IMG/VR virus record: IMGVR_UViG_2700988850_000001
Location: 1 to 64,000 of that record
Reading direction: 5' to 3' (one strand)
From: a virus
Taxonomy: Duplodnaviria; Caudoviricetes
DNA: 64,000 bases
Made by a program: the position numbers and the translations under genes
Notes under the pieces: model-generated
Database searches by the model: none
What the model was told of the DNA's origin: nothing
What the model saw: only the letters and a program-made list of their open reading frames with translations
Shown here: piece after piece, positions 17,901 to 27,206 of the stretch
Position numbering within the stretch: position 1 is the stretch's first letter
Layout of the letters: each line of letters starts with the position of its first letter

Positions 17901-20900
17901 GTGGATACTCTCGGTAGTGAGTACAACATCCTTATTCGCGTGATTGCCAAGCAGGCTCGCGCTGAGGTTGCTGCCCTCCGTGCTGAGATTGCCGCACTGA
18001 CTAAGGCTGGCGCAGGTTCCAATGCCGCTGCCGCTGCCGGACTTGGACCGGCTGGCACTGCGGCAATGAAGCAGTCGGCAGCGGCGACTACCGCTGCAAC
18101 CGCTGGAACCTTGGCTTACACCAATCAGGTGAAGGCTGCGTCGGCTGCAAGTGGTGCATGGGCAGTCAAGGTGCAGGCGGCAAACAGTGCAGTTCTTCGG
18201 GCGCACGCTGCACTCGCCAATGCAACGGACGCGCTCCGTGTCGCGGAGCTTCGTCGCAAGGCAGTGCTCGCGAACCCGAAGGCGTCTGAGCTTCAGATCG
18301 CAGCGGCAGAGACTTCTCTCGCCACTGCGCGTCGTCGTGTCACTGTTGCCACTGACGCAGTTGCAACAGCGGAAGGTCGGCGCACCGCAGTCCTTAACGC
18401 TTCGAGTGCAGCGGCAGCGAAGGCTGCGGCTGCGGAAGCTGGTCTCGCAAGTACCAACACGCTGAACCGCATGCGCGCCCTGGGTGCCGCGACTACCTGG
18501 TCCGGCAAGCAGATCAGCATGTTCTTCACCCTACCCCTGGCTGCGGCTGGTGCCGCTGCCTTCAAGTGGCAGATGGACAACGAGAAGGCTGCCACCCATC
18601 TGGCTAAGGTCTACGACGGACTCGCGTCCGACATTGACTCGAACCTGGACATGGATGGTGTGCAGTTCAACGGCTCGAGCCTGGACAAGTTCTTCACTGC
18701 GCTGTCGGAGAAGATGGGCCAGGCAAAGAGTGACGTCATTGAGATTGGCGCTATCTGGGCACAGGTTGGCGTCAAGGGTAGCCAACTTGCAGCGGCAACC
18801 AGGCTCACCACTGAGGCGATGGTTCTCGGTGACATGGATGCCACCCAGGCTACTGACGCCTTGGTTGCTATCCAGGCGCAGTACCGACTTGCATTCGGCG
18901 ACTTCGAGAAGGAAGCGAAGGCCGTACAGGATGCAGTGGCGAACAACATGCCGATCCCAGAGTTCCAGACTCTGACCTCGGTTCTTGCGCAGCTTAACAT
19001 CATCGAGAACCAGACCGGTGCCTCGATGCAGGACCTTGTTATCGCGTTCTCCAAGACGGCAGCTAACGCTCGCCAGGCTGGCATTGACGCCAAAACTCTT
19101 GGCGCTCACATTGCAGCCCTGGTTCCGTCGATGGGTTCTGCGGCAAACGCGGGTACCGCACTCAAGTCGATCTACGCTCACATCTTCCGTGCGCCTGAGA
19201 TTGAAAAGTCTGCTGCGGCAATGGAGTACCTGGCTACGAACGCTGGCCTCACGGCTGATGCGTTCATGTCGGCGGACTTCAAGGGCAAGGGTCTCGGCGT
19301 TGGTCTCGAGCAAATGGCTGATGCCTACGCCAAGCTGAACGGTGCGCAGAAGCTTGACTTTGCGCAGAAGGTCTTTGGCATCCACCAGTACGGTCGAGCC
19401 ATGCAGCTTCTTGATGATATCTCGCTGCGAGCTGGCGCACCTGACGGTGGACTTGCTGGGATTGTAGATCGGTTCAATGATCTCGATGAGGCTGGCAAGC
19501 GTGCACTGATCATCGAGAAGTTCTCCGACGCGACGGTTACCGCTCGCGCCGGGTTCGATGCGCTTAGTGAGTCCGAGCAGCGTGCCGCTATTCAGACCGG
19601 CATGACTGCCGATGAAATCGCGGACCACATGCGGAAGCTTGAGAAGGCTACCAGCGAGGGGGCTGAAGGTCTCAGCTACTACAGCAAGGCGCTCGAGGGC
19701 GCGACCGACCAGAAGAAGACTTACGATACGTACTTCAAGGAGCTTAAGACTGTCCTTGAATCCAATCCGCAGAAGTTCAAGCAGATTGGCGTAATCCTTC
19801 AGAACGCAATGACCGAGGCGATCATCCCGATCATCCCGGCATTGCTCTGGATTGCAAAGAGCGTAGCCAAGGTCGCTGTCGCCTTTGGTAACCTCAGCCC
19901 GGAAATCCAGAAGATCATCATGCTCTTCCTTCTGGCTATCGCGGCTGTTGGCCCACTGGCTACAGTGTTCGGTTCCTTTATTCTTATGGGTTCCGTGCTG
20001 GGCCGAGTGTTCGGTTCGCTCAGCAAGATGGTTAAGTTCCTCGGGTTCCACTTCCTGGGACTTGGGGATGGTGCAAAGGCTGGCGCTGAGGGCGTCGCGA
20101 AGAACACCAGCTTCATTAAGAAGCTCCTTCGTGGCCTGACCTTCTGGCGTGCGACCGATGCAACAAAGAACCAGACTATTGATGCTGCCGCTGAAGCTTC
20201 GCGTACTGCCACCGCGCAGTCTGGAGCAAGTGCTCGAGTCGGTATCGGGCAGTGGGAACAAGCTGCCCGTGCAGCAGCAGCCGGTGGTGGTACTGCTGCG
20301 GAAGCTGTGAACCAGGCTACTCAAACCCAGGTGCAGAAGGCTGGCATAACGAAGCGAGTCAAGGACTCGTGGGGAGAGATGGTCAAGCGCGCTGAGTCCA
20401 CCATGGCTGGCGCATCCTGGCGTACTCGTGCCGAGATCGCAGAGCAGCAGCGCCGCGCTCAGGTGATCGCCACTTCTCCCACCGTCGCGGCTGAGGCCAC
20501 GATGCAGGGCAAGCGCACAGCTATCGCGAAGTCCTACTCGGACGTTATGACGAAGCTTGAGACAAGTCGTAACGCTCGTCGTGCGGCAGCAACGGTTGCA
20601 AGTTCTACCGTTGTCGATGCTGCCGATGTTTCGGTCGAGGCCAAGCGTAACGTTATCGCCGCTAAGTACGCCGCACTCTCGGGCAAGCTCGAGCATGCGC
20701 GTAATGCACGGCGTGCCGCCTCCGCTGCCGCCAGCTCTGTCGCACTTGATGCTGCGGATATTACCACCGAGACTCGGCGTGCGATGATCGCAACTCGGTA
20801 CGCAACCTTGATGGGCAAGCTCGAGGCTTCTCGAAACGCTCGTCGGGCCGCTGCCGTTGCGGCAAGCTCAACGGTTGTTGATGCTGCCGATGTTACAATG

Positions 20901-23900
20901 GAGACCAAGCGCTCCGTCATTGCATCCAAGTACGCGGCTATCATGTCGCGGCTCGAGGTTCGACGCAACGCCATGCGGGCAGCCTCGACCACGGCAAGTT
21001 CTGCTGCACTGAACGCTGCCGACCTTGGCGTCGAGACTCGCCGTGCGATGATCGCGACTCAGTACGCGACGACCATGGGTGCGCTCGAGGCAAGTCGAAA
21101 CGCTCGACGTGCTGCGGCTGCTACGGCAAGTGGTGCCGCAATCACCGTTGCCGACACGACACTTGAACAGCGTCGTGCTGCAATCCAGGCGCGCTACGCC
21201 ACGCTTTCCGCAACACTGGAAGCGCAGCGCCAGTCTCGCCGGGCCGCGACCATCGCTGCCGGTACCCCTGCTGCGCTTGCTGCACAGAAGGCACAGGACG
21301 CTGCAATCGCTGGCGCTGCTGCCGGTGGAGCCGCAAAGACCAAGGGCAAGGGTGGAATCTTCGGCTCCCTGGCAACGGGTGCCATGGCAGCGTTCTCGCT
21401 GCTGAAGCCTTCCACTCTACTTAAGGGTGCGCGTGCTATCCCGTCGGCTCTTGGTGCTATCCTCTTGAAGGCTGGCAGCGCGTTCAAGGTTCTCGGCAAG
21501 CCCATCAACGCCCTGAGCAAGCTTCTCGGCGTGAGCGGTCCTATCGGTTGGGCGATCATGGGTGCTATCACCTTGATCACCGCATTCCCCGGTCGAATCA
21601 TGGAAGCTCTGCGCGGAGCTGGCGACAAGGTTGTCGAGCTGTGGAACAACGTCTTCGGTGGAGACAGCAAGGTTCCGCTCCTCGCTCGCCCGTTCGTCTT
21701 TGGCCTTGAGGTTATCAAGTCTGCACTGCTGGCACTGCCGCGCATTGTCGTCGGCGTGTTCAACATGGTCGTGGAGCTGATCGGCAAGGCGGCGAAGAAG
21801 GTGTACGAGTTCTTCTCGTACATCAACCCCTTCGCTCACCACTCGCCTTCGCTGGTGGAGAACGTCACCGAAGGCATGGCGATCGTTACCAACGAGTTCG
21901 GCGACGCTAGCAAGTCTATCCAGATGAGCATGCGTAGCGCGTACGGCATGATTGCAAAGTTCGGCACCGCTACTCGTGGACTGCGCATGCAGGTTGCCGG
22001 ACGCGAGGATGCCAAGAAGCGTGAGGACATTCGTCGCGCCGCACCAGAGACCGAGCCTGCCTACAACATGATGCTTGCTACGCAGGCACGCCTTGAGGAG
22101 AACCTGAAGGCTGTCAACGCGCAGATCAAGGCACAGGAGAAGGTGCTCGAGTCTGCCAAGGGTGTTGTCGAGGCGTACGACAAGCAACTCGACGGAATGA
22201 GCAAGCAGCTTCAGGTTCTCGAGAAGGCCGCGACTGCCGCGTCCAACTCGCTGAACGCCGCGCAGGATCGACTCGACCGATACTCCAACGCGCAGCTCAA
22301 GGGCATGCGCGCCATGGAAGATCAGATGTTCGAGAACGAAATGGCGCAGAAGCGTTTGCAGCTTGCACTCATGGACATGGGCGCTGATGGTGTGGACGAT
22401 GCAACCGAAGCCTTTGCAAAGTTGCAGGGTCAGATCGAAACCGTGTCCGGCATTCGCAATGAGCTGCGCATGGCTGGCGCTGGTTCCGATATCACGTCTG
22501 TGTTCACTGACCAGATCAATGATCTTATGGGTCAGCAGCAGCAGACGAACATGGGTCCGATCGAAGAGATGCGCAAGGAGCTTGAGCGACTTGAGCAGCA
22601 GGCAAAGCGCATGGACCTTGTTAGCGCATTGCAGTTCGATCCGCTCAACCGTCAGATCGACCAGCTAAAGAGCAACACGGAGGAACTTTCCTTCGAGGCA
22701 ATTACATCCGGTATCCGAAGCGGTCGTGCTGAGGTTGCCGGATATACAGCACTTCTGGACCAGGCTAACGCCGCTGTCGATAATCAGCGTGCGTCGATCG
22801 AGCGTGTCCAGGAAGCGCGAGACCTTGCGAGCGAAGCTGTTGATCGCGAGCAGGTCAAGCTTGACGGCATCAAGGAAACGTACGACCAGGTTCAGCAGGC
22901 GCTCGCAGACGTGGGCACTGCACTTGATCAGTACAACTCTGATATCGCCAACACGATCCAGTACCTTGATGAGCTGGCTCGCGCTGCCGAGGAAGCGAAG
23001 AAGAAGCAGGAGGAGCTTGCCGATAGCCTTGCAGCACTCGAGGGTGCTGAAGGTATGGATGTTCCAGGCGGCACTTACAATGTCGATGAGGACCTGCCGT
23101 CTATTGACGACATGACCAAGGAGCTTCAGGATAACCTGACCAACTCCTTTGGCGGGTTCTCGATCACCGAGCCGCTGAAGAACCTCGGTCGTTCGATCGG
23201 AGATTTCTTCCGCAACCTGTGGAACGATTACATCTGGCCTGGCATTCAGGCTTTGCCGGGTGCGCTGATCAACTTCTTCATGGGCCTTCCGGGAATGCTG
23301 TTCTCGGCAATGAGCTACCTCGGTGGCTGGGCAGCTGGTGCACTTGTTCGCATCATCTGGGAAGCCCTCAAGGGTCTCTTCAACTTCTCTCAGTGGATCG
23401 TTGAGATGGTTGACAAGGCCTTTGGTGCGGTTGTCGAGTGGGTCAAGAGCGGCGGCATTGGTCGCATGTTCAGCGCAGTTGGCAACTGGTGGAGTGGGAT
23501 TGACTGGGGCAAGACCGCCGGTGATCTGTGGGATGGACTCTGGGGCGGCATCACTGGCGTCTTTAAGAACATCTGGGGATTCATCTACGACAACATCGTT
23601 CGCCCGTTCATTGACGGCATCAAGGATGGCTTCGGTATCCACTCGCCTTCGACCGTCATGGCCGAGATTGGCGGATACATCATCGAGGGCCTTATCAATG
23701 GCCTCGAGGCTATCGTCGGAAAGGCTATCGACTTCTTCGTTAGCCTCCCAGGACGACTACTCGACGCCATGGGCGATATCGGAAGCTTCCTTGCCGACAA
23801 GTGGAACAAGGCATTCGAGTGGCTGAAGGAGCGGCTGCCCGATCAGGTCAGCGGTGTGCTCACGTTCTTCCAGGAACTCCCCGGCAAGGTTATCAACGCA

Positions 23901-26900
23901 CTTGGTGATGCTGGTAGCTGGCTGCTTGGCGTGGGCGAGAACATCATCCACGGTCTTATCAACGGTGCCGGAAACATCCTCAGCAAGCTGGGGGACTTCT
24001 TCCTGGACAAGGTTCCTGGCTGGATCAAGGAACCGTTCAAGAAGGCTCTCGGCATTCACTCGCCGTCGCGAGTGTTCGCTGAGTACGGCGTCAACGTCGG
24101 ACAAGGCTTCGTTGACGGCGTAGCGTCCATGTCCGGCGCGGTCTCGGATGCCACGGCAGCCATGGCCGACGCTGCCATGCTGGACACGATGCCCACGGTC
24201 GCGCTTGGCGTGGACGTGGAATCGGACACGGGTGCAGCAAGTGTCAAGGCTCCTACCTCGACTCTTGCGCAGCAGGTCGAGATCGACGTGACCAATGCTC
24301 AGGTTGCCTGGGATGCTTACGTGGCTTACATGATGGGGTCGGCTAACACGTTGGCTGTGTTCTACTCCACCACGTACTCCAAGATCGGTGCGGACAATGC
24401 TTCGCAGATGAACCTTATGGTGACCACGCAGCTTGCTGCGCTGGATACTCTGAACACGAAGTCCACCGCCACACTTACCGCGATGAGCGTGGCACAGCTT
24501 GCGATCATGACCAAGCTGGTCCAGGACATTCTGGCTCAGATCACCTTGATGCGGGACACGATCGACGTTCTGTTCAAGGACACCAACACTCGCGTCACCA
24601 ACTCGTTCCAGAACCTTGCGACGAACCTGAATGATATCTTCGCAAACCAGATCAAGCCGATGTTCGACTCGTTCGAGCCGATGCTCGGCACTCTGGAAGG
24701 TTGGTTCGAGAACACGGTCGCCAACATCGGGACCATCTGGGATGGAGTCAAGGAGCCGGTTGCAAAGCCGTCCCGCTTCATCATCAATGATGTGTACAAC
24801 GGTGGCGTAAGGGTTGCCTGGAACAACGTCTCCGGCTGGCTGGGTCTTGATAGCCTGCCTGAGTTCGTCGCGCCGTTCCAGACTGGCGGTCTTATTGCAC
24901 GCGACTCTCTGGTCAACCCGAACTCTCCGGTGAACATCGCTCGCGGTGGAAACCTTACGGGTCCGGCTGACGGAGACCGCAAGCTGTTCGCAGGCCAGGG
25001 TGGCGAGTATGTGTTCAGCCGCAAGATGGTTGCTGCTGCTGGCGGCACCCGTACCCTTGACGCATTCCGATCCGCTGTCATGGCGGGGAAGAACCTCGAG
25101 GGTGGCGGCTCGGTTCTGGGCTTCCAGACTGGCGGTACGATTCCTGGTGCCGCACTGTACGCACAGGAAATGGCGCGCAAGACCTTCACTGGTCAGCCTT
25201 ACCTGTACGGCGGTGTCGGTCCTGACGGATGGGACTGCTCCGGTCTTGTCGGTACCGTATGGGCTTGGCTCACTGGACAGCCGAACCCGTACCAGCGGTT
25301 CTTCACCACGGAGGCGGACTTCTCTCGGTTCGGTTTCGAGCGTGGCCTGAATGGATACTTCACCATGGGTGTCCACAACGGCGGTGGCGGAATGCTTTCG
25401 CATACTGCCTCGACACTTCTCGGCACGAACATCGAGTCGGGTGGCGCGCACAACTCTTCCATCTACGGTGGACCGGCAGCGGGCGCGGATCATCCGCAGT
25501 TCGAGAACCAGTACACCTTGAAGGAGATTGGCGGCGTATTCCAGAGCGGCGGCATGGGCGGCGGAAGCGCAGCGTCGATGCTGGACCGTGTTACCGCAGA
25601 GTTCAAGAAGGTCATGGACCCGATCAAGGGTTCCGTGCCTCAGCTCGAAGGTAGCATCGCCGCGCTGGCCGGTACCGGCTACCAGAAGTACTACGACGAC
25701 GTTAGCAAGTTCCTGTACGGCAAGGCCAGCGAGTACGATGCTGCCCACCCGGCACGCGGGAACATGCCTTACGACGGCTCCGGTGTTGAGCAGTGGCGCG
25801 GTATCGTGCAGAAGGTTCTGCGCGAGAAGGGCCTGCCCCTTAATCTGGATGAGAAGGTTCTCTACCAGATGATGACGGAATCCGGTGGTAATCCCAATGC
25901 CATTAACGATTGGGATATCAACTGGCAGAACGGTACGCCTTCCAAGGGTCTGATGCAGGTTATCGACCCGACGTTCCAGTCGTACAAGGATGCCGGTTAC
26001 GACAACATCTGGGACCCGGAGTCGAACATCCGCGCCTCGATCAACTACGCCTTGGCGCAGTACGGTTCGCTTGAGAACGCTTACCGTGGCGTCGGGTATG
26101 ACCGGGGCGGGTGGCTCCTGCCCGGCGAGAACCAGAAGGTCTTCAATGCTACCGGCAAGCCGGAAGCTGTTCTTACGAACGAGGACTGGAACGCGATCTA
26201 CGAAGCTGCCAACAACCCTGTTGACGCTGACATGATCACGGAAGGTGTTGTCTCCGCAACGCAGCAGATGTTCGGGTTCTCCGCACTGGATAACCTTGCT
26301 GAAGCTGTCAGCGGTGCCAACGAGAAGTGGACCCAGAACATCTACGGTGCAACCAAGGATACTTCCGAAGCTGCACAGGATGTTGCCACCAACACTGGCA
26401 AGACTCTCGCAGTGCTGGATGATTTCACCAAGATCGGTGGAGACATTGCAACGGGCCTGACCGAGCTGGGCAAGATTGCCTTTGCTATCGAGGCAGCGTA
26501 CAACTCCGAAGATCAGAACTTCCAGACGTGGGCACCTGTGGTCACGATGGTCGGTGAGCTGCTGGCGAAGCTGCCTGACGCCAAGGCTGACTACGTTCCG
26601 TGGGCTGGATTCGATGTTGAGTGGACGACTGGAATGCGCTTCCAGAAGTTCGGCAACGACGTTTCCAACATCGGCAAGGGTCTATACAACGTCGTCAAGG
26701 ATGTTCTGCCTCCGCTCTTGAAGAGCACGGCGACCATCGGTTCGGCTATCGAGAAGTTCGCAATCGAGCAGGGTCCGGTTATCACGGCAGCCATTGCCAT
26801 GTTCCCGACCAACCCGGTAGGTGCTGCCATTATGGCTGTGCCTGCTATACTCCAAGCTATCTTCACGATCCTGCCCATGGTTATCAGTGCCATTGTCGAA

Positions 26901-27206
26901 ATCGTGCCGACGCTGATCAAGTCCATCATGCGGTTCTTCTCAAGCTTCATGCCGGACTCGGTGTTCTCGTACGAAGATATGGCAGCTGCTGCCGAAGCTG
27001 TCACCAAGAATGAGCAGGCAATCAAGGACGGAACCTACCTTGCCAGCCGTGGCGTTAACCAGCCTGGCTACGCGATCGAGAATCCGGCCAACCAGAATGT
27101 GAACATCAACATCTACGGAGACTTGGTTATGCCGAACGTCAAGAATGGCGATGACGCTGACAGCTTCATCAACAACGTGACCGACCTTGCCGGTGGTGGT
27201 GCATAA
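17901..27206 (+). CDS. Tape measure protein with NlpC/P60-like and lytic transglycosylase domains
   Basis: 3101 aa, Ala-rich helical; HSPS motifs; PYLYGGVGPDGWDCSG and TESGGNPNAINDWD...GLMQ. Confidence 0.95.
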   Translation: MDTLGSEYNILIRVIAKQARAEVAALRAEIAALTKAGAGSNAAAAAGLGPAGTAAMKQSAAATTAATAGTLAYTNQVKAASAASGAWAVKVQAANSAVLRAHAALANATDALRVAELRRKAVLANPKASELQIAAAETSLATARRRVTVATDAVATAEGRRTAVLNASSAAAAKAAAAEAGLASTNTLNRMRALGAATTWSGKQISMFFTLPLAAAGAAAFKWQMDNEKAATHLAKVYDGLASDIDSNLDMDGVQFNGSSLDKFFTALSEKMGQAKSDVIEIGAIWAQVGVKGSQLAAATRLTTEAMVLGDMDATQATDALVAIQAQYRLAFGDFEKEAKAVQDAVANNMPIPEFQTLTSVLAQLNIIENQTGASMQDLVIAFSKTAANARQAGIDAKTLGAHIAALVPSMGSAANAGTALKSIYAHIFRAPEIEKSAAAMEYLATNAGLTADAFMSADFKGKGLGVGLEQMADAYAKLNGAQKLDFAQKVFGIHQYGRAMQLLDDISLRAGAPDGGLAGIVDRFNDLDEAGKRALIIEKFSDATVTARAGFDALSESEQRAAIQTGMTADEIADHMRKLEKATSEGAEGLSYYSKALEGATDQKKTYDTYFKELKTVLESNPQKFKQIGVILQNAMTEAIIPIIPALLWIAKSVAKVAVAFGNLSPEIQKIIMLFLLAIAAVGPLATVFGSFILMGSVLGRVFGSLSKMVKFLGFHFLGLGDGAKAGAEGVAKNTSFIKKLLRGLTFWRATDATKNQTIDAAAEASRTATAQSGASARVGIGQWEQAARAAAAGGGTAAEAVNQATQTQVQKAGITKRVKDSWGEMVKRAESTMAGASWRTRAEIAEQQRRAQVIATSPTVAAEATMQGKRTAIAKSYSDVMTKLETSRNARRAAATVASSTVVDAADVSVEAKRNVIAAKYAALSGKLEHARNARRAASAAASSVALDAADITTETRRAMIATRYATLMGKLEASRNARRAAAVAASSTVVDAADVTMETKRSVIASKYAAIMSRLEVRRNAMRAASTTASSAALNAADLGVETRRAMIATQYATTMGALEASRNARRAAAATASGAAITVADTTLEQRRAAIQARYATLSATLEAQRQSRRAATIAAGTPAALAAQKAQDAAIAGAAAGGAAKTKGKGGIFGSLATGAMAAFSLLKPSTLLKGARAIPSALGAILLKAGSAFKVLGKPINALSKLLGVSGPIGWAIMGAITLITAFPGRIMEALRGAGDKVVELWNNVFGGDSKVPLLARPFVFGLEVIKSALLALPRIVVGVFNMVVELIGKAAKKVYEFFSYINPFAHHSPSLVENVTEGMAIVTNEFGDASKSIQMSMRSAYGMIAKFGTATRGLRMQVAGREDAKKREDIRRAAPETEPAYNMMLATQARLEENLKAVNAQIKAQEKVLESAKGVVEAYDKQLDGMSKQLQVLEKAATAASNSLNAAQDRLDRYSNAQLKGMRAMEDQMFENEMAQKRLQLALMDMGADGVDDATEAFAKLQGQIETVSGIRNELRMAGAGSDITSVFTDQINDLMGQQQQTNMGPIEEMRKELERLEQQAKRMDLVSALQFDPLNRQIDQLKSNTEELSFEAITSGIRSGRAEVAGYTALLDQANAAVDNQRASIERVQEARDLASEAVDREQVKLDGIKETYDQVQQALADVGTALDQYNSDIANTIQYLDELARAAEEAKKKQEELADSLAALEGAEGMDVPGGTYNVDEDLPSIDDMTKELQDNLTNSFGGFSITEPLKNLGRSIGDFFRNLWNDYIWPGIQALPGALINFFMGLPGMLFSAMSYLGGWAAGALVRIIWEALKGLFNFSQWIVEMVDKAFGAVVEWVKSGGIGRMFSAVGNWWSGIDWGKTAGDLWDGLWGGITGVFKNIWGFIYDNIVRPFIDGIKDGFGIHSPSTVMAEIGGYIIEGLINGLEAIVGKAIDFFVSLPGRLLDAMGDIGSFLADKWNKAFEWLKERLPDQVSGVLTFFQELPGKVINALGDAGSWLLGVGENIIHGLINGAGNILSKLGDFFLDKVPGWIKEPFKKALGIHSPSRVFAEYGVNVGQGFVDGVASMSGAVSDATAAMADAAMLDTMPTVALGVDVESDTGAASVKAPTSTLAQQVEIDVTNAQVAWDAYVAYMMGSANTLAVFYSTTYSKIGADNASQMNLMVTTQLAALDTLNTKSTATLTAMSVAQLAIMTKLVQDILAQITLMRDTIDVLFKDTNTRVTNSFQNLATNLNDIFANQIKPMFDSFEPMLGTLEGWFENTVANIGTIWDGVKEPVAKPSRFIINDVYNGGVRVAWNNVSGWLGLDSLPEFVAPFQTGGLIARDSLVNPNSPVNIARGGNLTGPADGDRKLFAGQGGEYVFSRKMVAAAGGTRTLDAFRSAVMAGKNLEGGGSVLGFQTGGTIPGAALYAQEMARKTFTGQPYLYGGVGPDGWDCSGLVGTVWAWLTGQPNPYQRFFTTEADFSRFGFERGLNGYFTMGVHNGGGGMLSHTASTLLGTNIESGGAHNSSIYGGPAAGADHPQFENQYTLKEIGGVFQSGGMGGGSAASMLDRVTAEFKKVMDPIKGSVPQLEGSIAALAGTGYQKYYDDVSKFLYGKASEYDAAHPARGNMPYDGSGVEQWRGIVQKVLREKGLPLNLDEKVLYQMMTESGGNPNAINDWDINWQNGTPSKGLMQVIDPTFQSYKDAGYDNIWDPESNIRASINYALAQYGSLENAYRGVGYDRGGWLLPGENQKVFNATGKPEAVLTNEDWNAIYEAANNPVDADMITEGVVSATQQMFGFSALDNLAEAVSGANEKWTQNIYGATKDTSEAAQDVATNTGKTLAVLDDFTKIGGDIATGLTELGKIAFAIEAAYNSEDQNFQTWAPVVTMVGELLAKLPDAKADYVPWAGFDVEWTTGMRFQKFGNDVSNIGKGLYNVVKDVLPPLLKSTATIGSAIEKFAIEQGPVITAAIAMFPTNPVGAAIMAVPAILQAIFTILPMVISAIVEIVPTLIKSIMRFFSSFMPDSVFSYEDMAAAAEAVTKNEQAIKDGTYLASRGVNQPGYAIENPANQNVNINIYGDLVMPNVKNGDDADSFINNVTDLAGGGA
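20500..21260 (+). repeat. About six degenerate 132-bp (44-aa) tandem repeats inside the tape measure gene
   Basis: RNARR-like units start at 20568, 20700, 20832, 20964, 21096 and 21228. Confidence 0.85.
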
